Below are positions 18,738 to 29,300 of a DNA stretch of 58,147 nucleotides, piece by piece. This stretch comes from Bacteroidales bacterium (GTDB taxonomy: Bacteria; Bacteroidota; Bacteroidia; Bacteroidales; F082). The notes beneath the pieces are model-generated. The model had not been told where the DNA came from. It searched no databases and saw only the letters and a list, made by a program, of their open reading frames with translations. Location of the stretch: assembly GCA_027022105.1 (NCBI GenBank), contig JALVZH010000301.1, positions 1 through 58,147 on the forward strand. Direction: 5' to 3'. Every line of letters begins with the position of its first letter. Within the stretch, counting starts at the first letter, position 1. The position numbers were made by a program, and so were the translations under genes.

Positions 18738-20081
18738 TTAATCAAAATAGTTGTTTACCGGACCGTAGGCATGATAAAATCCCGTTAACATAACCGTATT
18801 TACATCGTCGTGGTTGTTGGCCACCTTATCGGAAACCAGTTTTTCGGCAATCTCTTTGGAACGTTTTCCGTAACGGATTGCAATTTCGGCTCCGAGGGTG
18901 TTCATCTGTTTCAAGTCGTTAAAGAATTTGGTAAATACCTCATCTTTATTTTTCATACGCAGCGTGCTTTTCCATGCCACCGCCGATTCGGGAAGGTCGC
19001 CCAGCATTTTATCGGCATCGGCCTTAAAGGTGTCAATATCAATATATTCTTTTTTGTCAATATCCCAAACAGCCACCGGTTTTCCTTTTTCGTATTTAAA
19101 GAAACCGTCTTTTTGTGCACCGCTGGAATACTGGCCGCCTTTCACGCCCTGATCCATCATGGTGTCCAATAAATCGCTGTGCAAGTCCTCATCTTCGATA
19201 AAAGGATTCATCACGTTGAGGATAAACTGCATTACGTCAATGCCCACATAATCCATCAACTGGAAAATTCCCATGGGACGAATCAGATAGTCGCGTGTAA
19301 TTTTGTCAATCATGTAAATTGCCTGCGTCAGCGGAATGTTTTTCTCTTCCACAAGCCTTTGGGCCTCTTTTATTCCGTGTAATCCGTCGCGCATAAAGTG
19401 ACCGTTGCCTATAAATCCTGCAAAGTCGTTGGACGGAACCACAACTTTTTTCAGGTTTTTGGCATATTCAAGTGCAAAATCAACCACTTCGGGTTTGGTA
19501 TTATCGGTTTTTATCAGTTCAACCAGTCGCTGAACGGCGGGCGGGTTGTAGAAATGGAATCCGATAACCTTTCCGTCGAGGCCGGCCTCTTCGTCAATGA
19601 GGTGAATCGGCACCGACGAGGTGTTGGTAAAGAACCAGACATCGTTGGGGTTGTTCTGTTTTATCTGCGAAAGCAGTTTTACCTTTAATGCGCGATTTTC
19701 ATTCACCGCCTCGAAAACAAGGTTCGATCGGTAGGCTGCTTCCAGTGCCGTGGTAGGCCTTACAATGTTCATTACATCAAAGATGTATTCATCAATGATG
19801 TCGAAGTTTTCGATAAGGTCTTCACGGTCGGCATACATTTTACGCAGCCAAACGGTTTTTTTCTCGGCAATTTTCCTGACCTGTACCCTGAGGTAGCCCA
19901 TCAGTCCGGCCAGGCCTTCGTCGGAAACGTCAATGGCGTTCAACACGAAGGTTTTTCCTTTGTTTTCCGGCAAGAGTGCCCTGTCGGCCATTTCAACGGC
20001 AGTCAGCAATAAAATGCCGCTGCCCATTTTGCCGGCAGAACCCAGTACCGAAACGTTTTGTAATCTTTCGTCGTAAGTCAT
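18738..20081 (-). CDS. 3-hydroxyacyl-CoA dehydrogenase family protein
   Basis: GSAGKMGSG, FEAVNEN, TNTSSVP, GFHFYNPP, GFIGN, PMGIFQLMDYVGID. Confidence 0.9.
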   Translation of the reverse strand: MTYDERLQNVSVLGSAGKMGSGILLLTAVEMADRALLPENKGKTFVLNAIDVSDEGLAGLMGYLRVQVRKIAEKKTVWLRKMYADREDLIENFDIIDEYIFDVMNIVRPTTALEAAYRSNLVFEAVNENRALKVKLLSQIKQNNPNDVWFFTNTSSVPIHLIDEEAGLDGKVIGFHFYNPPAVQRLVELIKTDNTKPEVVDFALEYAKNLKKVVVPSNDFAGFIGNGHFMRDGLHGIKEAQRLVEEKNIPLTQAIYMIDKITRDYLIRPMGIFQLMDYVGIDVMQFILNVMNPFIEDEDLHSDLLDTMMDQGVKGGQYSSGAQKDGFFKYEKGKPVAVWDIDKKEYIDIDTFKADADKMLGDLPESAVAWKSTLRMKNKDEVFTKFFNDLKQMNTLGAEIAIRYGKRSKEIAEKLVSDKVANNHDDVNTVMLTGFYHAYGPVNNYFD

Positions 20082-20121
20082 ACTTTTTTGTTTTTATTTA
20101 ATGTTTGAAGTTATTTTTTTT

Positions 20122-20233
20122 GAAGTTAGAAGTCAGAAGTTGGAAGTCAGAAGTCAGAAGTCAGAAGTTGGAAGTGCGAAGCTGGAAGTCGGAAGCTGGA
20201 AGTTGGAAGTGCGAAGTTGGAAGCTGGAAGTTG
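20122..20233 (+). repeat. Tandem heptamer array, 16 x GAAG(T/C)NN
   Basis: Uninterrupted 7-bp period counted directly. Confidence 0.95.
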
Positions 20234-20257
20234 GGGTTAGTTTTTTTCATGGTTTTG

Positions 20258-20617
20258 TTATTTTATGTTTTTTCTGAATGCAGTCATCATGTTCATCAGG
20301 TTAAAGGCAAAGTCGTAATGGTATTGAAAGTCTTTTTCAGAAATGTACCGTCTGTTTTTTGCTTTATACAGGCAGGTAACCACTTCGGCTAACGACCGGA
20401 TGGAATAACCCATAAACTTTTTAAACTCCCTTGCCGATTGTCCGATGGAACCTTCGGCAATATTTAATGCAACAGAGTCGGTAGCACGCCTGATTTGAGA
20501 AGAGAGATTAAACCTTTCGTCTTTGGGAAACTTTTTACCAACCATTGTGTGTATGTTTTCACCAAATTCCATTGACTTTTGCCAGATAATTAAGTCTTCA
20601 AATTTAAAACTTTTCAT
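20258..20617 (-). CDS. Four-helix-bundle protein (23S rRNA IVP / bAvd-like family)
   Basis: FKFEDLIIWQKS, FPKDERFNLSSQIRRATDSVALNIAEG, SIRSLAEV. Confidence 0.92.
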   Translation of the reverse strand: MKSFKFEDLIIWQKSMEFGENIHTMVGKKFPKDERFNLSSQIRRATDSVALNIAEGSIGQSAREFKKFMGYSIRSLAEVVTCLYKAKNRRYISEKDFQYHYDFAFNLMNMMTAFRKNIK

Positions 20618-20752
20618 AATGCGGGGTTTTTATTTGTTGAACTTGTTTAAAGTCTGATAAAACAGTTGTATCACAATTCCACCTCTTTACTTCTTTACTT
20701 CCTGCTTCCAACCCTAAATCCTCTATTTCTTCCAAACCCTCTCTTTCTTCTC

Positions 20753-21529
20753 TCACCCCCATTCCGGTTTTCTCTTTTCCAAAAATGCTTTCATGCCTTC
20801 GCGTCCTTCGCTGTTTTCGCCAAAGAGGGATCCGAATTCTTCGGCTTCGAGGGCAGAACCTTCGTCGAGGCTCATTTCATATCCTTTGCGCACTACCTGT
20901 TTTACTTTTTTGACAGCCTGCGGCCCTTTGGATACAATGTTCTTTGCAATTTTCAGGGTCTCTTCCATCAGCGTTTCAGGCTCGGTTACTTTTTGTACAA
21001 GCCCCATTCTTAGGGCATCTTCAGCGCCAATCATGTCGGCAGTCATCAGCAGGTACAGGGCATTGCCCATATTGGTGAGTCTCGAAAGGCGCTGGGTGCC
21101 GGCATAACCGGGAATCAGTCCCAGGTTTACTTCGGGTTGGCCGAATTTGGCTTTTGCGGAAGCAATTCTAAAGTCACAAGCCATGGTCAGCTCCATACCA
21201 CCTCCCAGTGCAAAGCCGTTTACGGCGGCAATAACGGGGATGTCCAGAAGCTCAAGACTGCGAAATGTGTTTTGTCCCAGTTTTGAAAATGCCGTTCCCT
21301 CTTCCCTGTTTTTGTTTACCATTTCGGCAATATCGGCTCCGGCAACAAAGGCTTTGCCCTCACCGGTAATTACCATGATTTTGACTTCGGGATTGGCCTT
21401 TACTTCGGCAATCAGCGCATCCATCTCATTGAAAAACTCCGTATTCAAAGCATTCAGCGCTTTGGGACGACTGATGGTAACCGTCAATATTCCATCGGAT
21501 AAATCTGTTTTTAAAATTTTATAGTCCAT
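20753..21529 (-). CDS. Enoyl-CoA hydratase (crotonase)
   Basis: RPKALNAL, AFVAGADI, AVNGFALGGGMEL, FGQPEVNLGLIPG, AFLEKRKP; TAAATTTG promoter at 21560-21553. Confidence 0.93.
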   Translation of the reverse strand: MDYKILKTDLSDGILTVTISRPKALNALNTEFFNEMDALIAEVKANPEVKIMVITGEGKAFVAGADIAEMVNKNREEGTAFSKLGQNTFRSLELLDIPVIAAVNGFALGGGMELTMACDFRIASAKAKFGQPEVNLGLIPGYAGTQRLSRLTNMGNALYLLMTADMIGAEDALRMGLVQKVTEPETLMEETLKIAKNIVSKGPQAVKKVKQVVRKGYEMSLDEGSALEAEEFGSLFGENSEGREGMKAFLEKRKPEWG

Positions 21530-21689
21530 TTTTACTTTATTTTAAGGAAGCCCAAATTTAGGAATTTTTCAGGTTGGTATTGTTCTAAGTTAACATTATT
21601 TAAAAAGGGGGTGACACAGAGGTGGTTGGTTTAAAAGTTCAAAGGTTCAAAAGTTCAAAGTTTAAATGTTCCAAGTTGCATGTTCACCG

Positions 21690-22108
21690 GATGAATCCCT
21701 GAATGATATCCTTTACGTTATTTTTATTAGAAGAGATGCACGAGGGGAGGTTCTTCAGCATTCTTACTCTCATGGCCGGACTTTCGATGGTTCAGAATTG
21801 GGACTAAGTTGGTTTGATCAGCCAGAGGCAGACACGCGTTTGAACGTTTTATGTGATATTTTTAATGTAATATGTTTGATATCAGATATAATATATAATA
21901 AGATGTAAGAATGCAGAACAGGAAGTTGCGGCAGGGATGGGAGCGGTAGCATGCGAAGGCGGCGGGCAATGTGTAGCAGGCGGCGGAGGCTGAGCGGTGA
22001 GCGAAGACCCTGTACGCCGTTGCGTAACATGCCCGACGGCGAGCAACTACAAGCGGATAGCAGATTGCGATGCCTAAAGGCATACAACAGCAAGCCCGCC
22101 CGGCCGCC
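21690..22108 (+). repeat. Dispersed modular repeat family B, copy 1
   Basis: Homologous to 46192-46591 (reverse) and to 34082-34172 plus 34349-34452. Confidence 0.85.
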
Positions 22109-22169
22109 CAAAAACAAAATACTAAGAAAACTATTTGTTTAAAAAAAGTTTCCAAATTATAAAAAGTTT

Positions 22170-22177
22170 TACTTTTG
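22170..22177 (+). promoter_or_regulatory. -7 promoter box (TACTTTTG) of the efflux operon
   Basis: TAnnTTTG about 50 nt upstream of the TolC ATG. Confidence 0.55.
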
Positions 22178-22229
22178 CCGGCAGAAAAACGATTTGAAAG
22201 AGATTATAAAATAAAAGCATTGTAATAAT

Positions 22230-23573
22230 ATGAGAAGAAAAGGATTGTTAATGGTTTTTGTTTTGGTAGCAGGTGTCGTCGCGTCGTTGACAGCGCAAAA
22301 CGAATACCGGTTCAGCCTCAAAGAGGCCCTTTCTTATGCTGAAAAAAACAGTTATCAGCTGATTAATTCGCAAAAAGATGTGGAAGCCGCCAAACAGAAA
22401 ATTGTGGAGCAGACAGCAGCCGGATTGCCGCAAATAAACGGAATGGTACAGTATAAAGACAACATTGCCCGTCCGGTTTTTGTGCTTCCCGGAGAGTTTT
22501 CGGGGCGTCCCGGACAAGAAACAAAAGTTCAGTTTGGTACGCGGTACACCGGAACTCTTAGCGGGTCGGTTAACCAGCTTATTTTCGACGGTCGCTATAT
22601 TGTGGGATTAAAAACGGCAAAAAAATTCCTTGAAAAAGTAGATAAAGAGTTTTTTAAAAATAAGGTAGCTGTAAAAGAGCAGGTTTCAAAAAGTTATTAC
22701 CAGGTTTTGGCTGCCGAGGAAGCGGTTCGGATTATTGACACCACGCTAAAGGTGACCAGAAAATTGAGAGACGAAACACGGGAGTTGTATAAAACAGGTT
22801 TTGCCGAAGATGTGGATGTGGAGCAGATGGATCTTCTTGTTTCCAACCTTGAATCATCCAAAACTTTTACCCAAAATCAGGTAGATATTGCCAAAGCATT
22901 TTTAAAATTTTATCTCGGATTGAAAGATACCGATAAAATTGTTTTAACCGACGATATGCCTGTTCTGGTTTTGCAAAAGGAGAGCGAAAACCTTATCGAA
23001 AAACCATTTGACGTAACGGAAAACATCAATTTTGTAACACTTGAAAAACAAAAAGAGATTGCTATGTTGCAGGTTAAACTGGCCAAATCGGCATATCTTC
23101 CGTCGCTTTCGGCAAACCTTAACCTTCAAACTCAGGCCCAGCTCAACGAGTGGAAGTTTTTTAATCCGAAAACACCCTGGGATTTCAGCGGATTTCTCGG
23201 TGTAACCATGCGGATTCCCGTTTTCTCAAGCTGGCAGCGTACGGCTCAACTGAAACAGGCCAAAATTGCCTTTTCGCAAATGGAAGTATTGGAAGACCAG
23301 ACAAAGACCCAGCTTAATATACAGTACCAGACATTGAAGAATAATTACGAAAACGCTCTTTCGGTATATAAAAACAAGATTAGAAACCGGAAGGTTGCCC
23401 GGAAGATTTATGCTAAGACTTCCGAAAAATACATCCGGGGAATGGCTTCGAGCCTTGACCTGCTCAACACCCACAATCAGTTTCTGACGGCGGAAAAAGA
23501 CTATATAAATGCCACATTAGGGCTTTTGGATGCTGCCGAACAGTTAGAAAACATTCTTATTAAAGCAAAATAA
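22230..23573 (+). CDS. TolC family outer-membrane efflux protein
   Basis: Signal peptide, SLKEALSYAEKN, LPQING / YLPSLS repeats, GMASSLDLL; efflux operon context. Confidence 0.92.
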   Translation: MRRKGLLMVFVLVAGVVASLTAQNEYRFSLKEALSYAEKNSYQLINSQKDVEAAKQKIVEQTAAGLPQINGMVQYKDNIARPVFVLPGEFSGRPGQETKVQFGTRYTGTLSGSVNQLIFDGRYIVGLKTAKKFLEKVDKEFFKNKVAVKEQVSKSYYQVLAAEEAVRIIDTTLKVTRKLRDETRELYKTGFAEDVDVEQMDLLVSNLESSKTFTQNQVDIAKAFLKFYLGLKDTDKIVLTDDMPVLVLQKESENLIEKPFDVTENINFVTLEKQKEIAMLQVKLAKSAYLPSLSANLNLQTQAQLNEWKFFNPKTPWDFSGFLGVTMRIPVFSSWQRTAQLKQAKIAFSQMEVLEDQTKTQLNIQYQTLKNNYENALSVYKNKIRNRKVARKIYAKTSEKYIRGMASSLDLLNTHNQFLTAEKDYINATLGLLDAAEQLENILIKAK

Positions 23574-23580
23574 TTGTGTT

Positions 23581-24198
23581 ATGAATGAAAAAGCGAAAGA
23601 GATAGCATTGAAGGTAAAAGACCTTTTTAAGAAATACGGAATCAAAAGTGTAACCATGGATGATGTTTCTCATGAATTGGGAATATCTAAAAAGACACTT
23701 TATGAATATTTTACCGATAAATCGTCCCTTGTGCGCATGGTAATAGATTGTGAAACGGAAATAAGGGAAAAGCATTTTCGGGAAACGGTGAACAGCTCCG
23801 ACAGCAATGCCATAAGGGATATGTTACGTATTTATCGCTTCTATCAGAAAGTGATGAAGGAACACAACCCTTCATTTGAGTACGATTTAAAAAAGTATTA
23901 CCCCGATATTTTTAAAGAGTTGCAGCAAATAAAACGGGAAAAGATAATGGAGTCCGTTCTTTCCAATCTCAAAAAAGGAAAAGAGGAGGGGTTGTACCGC
24001 AGCGATCTGGACGAAGAGATCATTGCCAAACTTTATGTTTTGCGTATCGAAAGCCTTACCGATACCGACCTGTTTACCTTGGAAGAGCGCTTTCTGCCCG
24101 GTTTCTGGCGACAACTTTTTTTATACCATCTGTATGGAATATTAAGTAAGAAGGGGTATGAATATCTGGAAAAGAATTTAGATGATATTGAGGTTTAG
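23581..24198 (+). CDS. TetR/AcrR family regulator
   Basis: LFKKYGIKSVTMDDVSHELGISKKTLYEYFTDK HTH. Confidence 0.93.
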   Translation: MNEKAKEIALKVKDLFKKYGIKSVTMDDVSHELGISKKTLYEYFTDKSSLVRMVIDCETEIREKHFRETVNSSDSNAIRDMLRIYRFYQKVMKEHNPSFEYDLKKYYPDIFKELQQIKREKIMESVLSNLKKGKEEGLYRSDLDEEIIAKLYVLRIESLTDTDLFTLEERFLPGFWRQLFLYHLYGILSKKGYEYLEKNLDDIEV

Positions 24199-24231
24199 TG
24201 TTTTGTTAATAAGTTTAATGTCGGCTATATA

Positions 24232-25080
24232 ATGGTTGAAAGATACAAACATCCCGTACTTTTTTACACACTGGCTACTGTAATTCCCTGGGTTTTCTGG
24301 TTTGCTGCCGGATACCTCAGCCATATGGAACCTTACACAAACATAAATACTCAACTGGCGAGTTTCCTCGGGTTAACGGGTTTGCTTTCACCGATGGTTA
24401 TTGCGTTTTGGTTAATCAATAAAGACCCCGATTTAAAAAAAGACCTTTTTTCAAGGTTTTTCAATTTCAAATCCGTAAAATCAGGTTATCTGTTGCTTAC
24501 TCTGTTTTTGATGTTGGGAAGCATTTTGCTGGCTCAGGCAATATCTTTAATTTTCGGTTACAGTTCTTCACAGTTTACAATAACCGGACACTATACCTTT
24601 TCGTCGGGTGTATTTCCGGTTTGGTTCCTGCTTATCATAGCTCCCGTATTGGAAGAGCTGGGCTGGCATACTTACGGTACCGACAGCCTTCGCAGCAGGT
24701 TCAATTTGTTTAATACATCCATAATATTTGCACTTTATTGGGGTATTTGGCATTTTCCTCTTTCATTTATTAAAGATTATTATCAAAGTAATCTCGTTGC
24801 CACAGGCTGGATTTACAGTATTAACTTTTTGGTAAGTATTTTTCCTTTTGTAATATTAATGAACTGGCTTTATTACAAAACCGGAAGGAACATTTTGGTG
24901 GCAATAGTTTTTCATATAACCGCCGGATTTTTTAACGAAATATTTGCCACAAACCCCGATAGTAAAATTATTCAAACGGTACTGTTACTTATACTGGCAA
25001 CATATGTAGTAATAAAAGAGAAGAAGTTCTTTTTTCAAAAAGAGTATTATCAATATGAAACAGTAAAAGAATATAATTAA
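24232..25080 (+). CDS. CPBP (CAAX/Abi) intramembrane metalloprotease
   Basis: LEELGWH, WGIWHFP and IVFH motifs; about 8 TM segments. Confidence 0.88.
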   Translation: MVERYKHPVLFYTLATVIPWVFWFAAGYLSHMEPYTNINTQLASFLGLTGLLSPMVIAFWLINKDPDLKKDLFSRFFNFKSVKSGYLLLTLFLMLGSILLAQAISLIFGYSSSQFTITGHYTFSSGVFPVWFLLIIAPVLEELGWHTYGTDSLRSRFNLFNTSIIFALYWGIWHFPLSFIKDYYQSNLVATGWIYSINFLVSIFPFVILMNWLYYKTGRNILVAIVFHITAGFFNEIFATNPDSKIIQTVLLLILATYVVIKEKKFFFQKEYYQYETVKEYN

Positions 25081-25091
25081 CAAATAAAAAA

Positions 25092-26243
25092 ATGAAAAAA
25101 ATCGCATTATTATTCGTCGCATTCGTTGTTTTGGCATCGTGCCAACGCAAAAGTACAGGCGACAAAGAGAATATTGAAAAACAGATTATTGAGTATCAGC
25201 ATCAGGTAAGAAAGATTAATCAAAAAATTATAGAGCTTCAACAACAGCTTGATGAGATCAGGATGAAGGAGAAGAACGGCAGTTCTTCGGGGCTGGTGTT
25301 CAGGGTAAAAACACGAAAAGTTCATCGCCGGCCTTTCAAACATTCTTTTGAGGCCGTAGGAGAATTACAGGCTGTAAATGAGGCTTTTATTTCACCTGAA
25401 ATAAACGGACAGATTAAAAAAATACTTGTAAACGAAGGCGATTTTGTAAAAAAAGGTCAACTGCTCGCCAAACTGGAAACCGAGATTATTGAAAACAACA
25501 TTAAAGAATTGAAAACATCTCTTGAACTGGCCACATTGACATATAAAAAACAAAAAGAGCTTTGGGAGAAAAACATTGGTTCCGAAATGCAGTATTTGCA
25601 GGCCAAAACCAAAAAAGAGACCCTTGAGCGAAAATTGAAAACCCTGCAGTTGCAATACGACAAATCGTTTATCAAATCGCCGCTGGACGGGTATGTGGAA
25701 GCAGTAAACCTCAAAGAGGGCGAGCTCGCAAGTCCGGCCGTGCGCTTTATTCACGTGGTAAATCTGGATGAATTATATGTAAATGCCGACCTGTCGGAAG
25801 CCTATCTGCCCGTTGTTCACGAAGGTGATACGGTAGAGGTGCGTTTTGCGGTATTCAAAGATATTAAACTGAAAGTGCCGGTTTACAGAACAGGCAATGT
25901 TATAAATAATCAGAGCCGTACTTTCAGAATTCAACTGAAAATCAAAAATATCGACAAGAAACTGAAACCAAATATGCTGGCGACATTAACCATTAATGAT
26001 TATTACAATCCTTCGGCCATTGTGGTTCCTTCCGAACTGATAAAAGAGGACATCAAAGGGGATTATATGTATGTTCTGGCAAAAAAATCGGGTGTTGATA
26101 TTGCACAAAAACGATATATAAAAACAGGAAAAAGTACGGACGATTATACCGAAGTGATTGAGGGCTTGTCGGAAAGCGATATTTACATCACCGACGGTTA
26201 CAACAATGTAAGCGACGGCGCTCCGGTTACTGTCGAAAATTAG
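25092..26243 (+). CDS. RND efflux periplasmic adaptor (MFP), lipoprotein
   Basis: Lipobox LASC, GQIKKILVNEGDFVKKGQLL, IKSPLDG, SRTF, LKPNM. Confidence 0.92.
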   Translation: MKKIALLFVAFVVLASCQRKSTGDKENIEKQIIEYQHQVRKINQKIIELQQQLDEIRMKEKNGSSSGLVFRVKTRKVHRRPFKHSFEAVGELQAVNEAFISPEINGQIKKILVNEGDFVKKGQLLAKLETEIIENNIKELKTSLELATLTYKKQKELWEKNIGSEMQYLQAKTKKETLERKLKTLQLQYDKSFIKSPLDGYVEAVNLKEGELASPAVRFIHVVNLDELYVNADLSEAYLPVVHEGDTVEVRFAVFKDIKLKVPVYRTGNVINNQSRTFRIQLKIKNIDKKLKPNMLATLTINDYYNPSAIVVPSELIKEDIKGDYMYVLAKKSGVDIAQKRYIKTGKSTDDYTEVIEGLSESDIYITDGYNNVSDGAPVTVEN

Positions 26244-26305
26244 TTGGCGTATTTATTGGAGGTTTTTAGTGTTAATGATGTTAAAGCAGTATAAAACAGA
26301 AAAAT

Positions 26306-29300
26306 ATGAATCAGGAAAATGAATCAGATAAAAAAGTTGTCAGGAATTTTAAACTCTCAACCTGGGCAATAAACAACAGGAACACGGTTTATCTCTTTAC
26401 TTTGGCCACTATCCTTTTTGGAATTATTTCCTATGTTTCGTTGCCCAAAGAGCTTTTCCCCGACATCAATATTCCTACCATAATGGTAAATACCATTTAT
26501 CCGGGAAACCCGCCCATTGATATGGAAAACCTTGTAACCCGGCCGTTGGAAAAGGAAATAGAATCGGTAAAAGGGATAAAGGATGTTACCTCCATATCGT
26601 CGCAGGATGCATCAAGTATTTTTGTGGAGTTTAATACCAATGTGGATATTAAAAAAGCTTTACAGGATGTAAAAGATGCCGTTGACAAAGTAAAAAGCAA
26701 AGGAGATCTTCCTGACGATCTGCCCACCGACCCTCTGGTCAGGGATATTGATGTGTCGGAATTTCCGGTAATCAATGTAAATATTTCGGGAAATTTCAGT
26801 CTGAACGAACTGAAAAACTTTGCGCAGGATTTAAAAGATGAATTTGAAACCGTTTATGAAGTATCCAAAGTAAACATTACCGGAATTACCGAAAGGGAGA
26901 TTAAGATAAACCTCAATCCTTTTAAAATGGCTGCCATGCGGGTAAGCTACAAGGATGTGGAAAATGCCGTGAAGTTCGAAAACATGTCTGTTTCGGGAGG
27001 TGAAGCCAAAATAGGAAAGATCAGGCGTTCTATTCGTATTATCGGCGAATTTAAAGACCCGAAGGAGATTGAAAATATCATTGTAAAAAGGGAAAAGGGT
27101 AACATTGTTTATATACGCGACATAGCCAATGTGGAATACGGTTTTAAAGAACGCGACAGCTATGCCTTTTTAAACAAAGAACCTGTTGTTACGCTTCAGG
27201 TGGTGAAAAAAAGCGGAGAAAACCTGTTGGCTACCATCGATCAGGTATTCGATATTTTAAAAGAGTCGAGAAAACAGCATGTTATTCCCGATAATCTGAA
27301 AATTACCATTACCAACGACCAGTCGGATATTGTAAGGAAACAGATAAACAACCTGGAGAACAGCATTATTATGGGGGTTCTGTTTGTGGTGATTATTCTG
27401 TTCCTGTTCCTCGGCACGCGCAACTCGCTGATTGTTGGCTTTGCCATACCCATGTCCATGTTTATGGCTTTTATGTTTATGGGAATTGCTCATTACAAGA
27501 TAAACATGATTGTACTGTTTGCCCTTATTCTGGCGCTGGGAATGCTGGTTGACAATGCCATTGTGGTAACCGAAAATATATACCGGTTTGTGCAGCGGGG
27601 TTACAAACTGAAAGATGCTGCTATTCAGGGGGTAGGGGAGGTGGCCATGCCTATTATTTCTTCAACCGCCACCACGCTTGCGGCTTTCTTCCCGCTGGTT
27701 TTCTGGCACAGCATTATGGGCGAGTTCATGAAATACCTGCCCATTACCCTTATTGTGGTGCTTACCTCGTCGTTGCTTGTGGCGCTTGTTATTATCCCCG
27801 TGGTAATTCTCGATTTTTACAAACCGGGAGATAACAACCCTCTTCCCAAACCCAAAAGAAGCCTCATTTGGGCACTTCTCTTTTTGTTGTTTTCGGCAGT
27901 TGCTTTTACGGTTCATTGGAACATCATCGGTTCGCTGCTCATTTTTGCGGCCATCATCACTTTGCTAAACCTGGCATTTCTGACCAGGCTGGCCATTTTG
28001 TTCCAAAAGGTATTTTTAGTGTGGCTCGAAGAGGTTTATCTGAAATTTATCCGTTTTGCTTTGCACGGAAAAAATTCTTACGGGATTATCGGATTTACTT
28101 TTCTGTTGATGATTGTTACCGTCGGGTTTTATTTTGGAAGTAACCCCAAAAAGGACTTTTTCCCCAGTTCCGACCCCAAATTGATAAACGTAATAGCCGA
28201 AATGCCCATCAGTACCGATATTGAGGTTTCCGATTCCATAATGCACCGTTTTGAGGATAAGGTTTTCCGGATTTTGGAACCCAATATGAATATTGTTAAA
28301 TCGGTGTTGGTGGTTACGGGAAAAGGTGCTGTGGGACAAAACGAAGGTTTCAGGAGCCGTGGCGGTGCGCCCAACAAAGGTATAATTACCATAAACTTTG
28401 TGGATTTTCAACAGCGCCACGGGGTGAGCACCTGGGATATTATGCGGCAGTTGAACGACAGTCTGGTGGGTAAATATCCCGGCATTAATATCTCGCTGGA
28501 AAAACAGCGGGAAGGCCCGCCCACCGGCAGTGCCATTAATATTGAAGTAAGCGGAAAAGAGTTTAACGAACTGTTGTATTTGACCGACACCATCAGAGAG
28601 CTGATTAACAGCAAGAATATTCCCGGTATCGAAGGGCTTAAAATCGACCTTGATGTGGGGAAACCCGAACTGCTTATCAATATCGACCGCGACAAGGCAC
28701 GCCGTTTCGGACTCTCAACGGGACAGATAGGCGATGCCATCCGTACGGCACTCTTCGGTAAGGATATTTCCGATTTTAAAGAGGGTGAAGACGAGTACAA
28801 AATCCGTATGAAATTGGATGACAAATACCGCTACAATATTTCCGATTTGATTAACCAGCGGATTACTTTCCGTTCGGCATCTACCGGCAGGATTGTACAG
28901 GTACCCATATCGGCGGTTGCCAATATAAAATACAGCTCTACTTACGGAGCCATTACCCGCAAAGACCGAAAAAGGGTTATTACTATCTATTCCAATGTTG
29001 TAAAAGGCTACAATGCCAATGAAATTAACGGACAGATTAAGAAAATACTGGCAGGGTTTACCATGCCGGCAGGATATAAATACAGTTTTACCGGAGAACA
29101 AAAAGAACAGGCTGACGCTATGGATTTTCTCAGTAAAGCCATGCTCATAGCGCTTATGCTTATTTTAATTATTCTGGTTTCGCAGTTCAACTCCTTTGTA
29201 AAACCGGTAATCATTATGTTCAGTGTATTGCTCAGCACCATCGGCGTATTTGGCGGGCTGGCCACTTTCCATATGGATTTTGTGGTGATGATGACCGGTA

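Noticed and set aside
20105-20392. 95-aa ORF with EVRSWK repeats
   Set aside because: Translation artefact of the heptamer array; it overlaps the four-helix-bundle gene on the opposite strand.
20258-20617. Diversity-generating retroelement suggested by the Avd-like protein
   Set aside because: No reverse transcriptase and no TR/VR pair with adenine-specific mismatches seen.
21666-22155. Several short ORFs (also 33969-34729 and 46027-46747)
   Set aside because: They lie over GC-rich non-coding repeats, have no recognisable motifs, and frames are not kept between copies.
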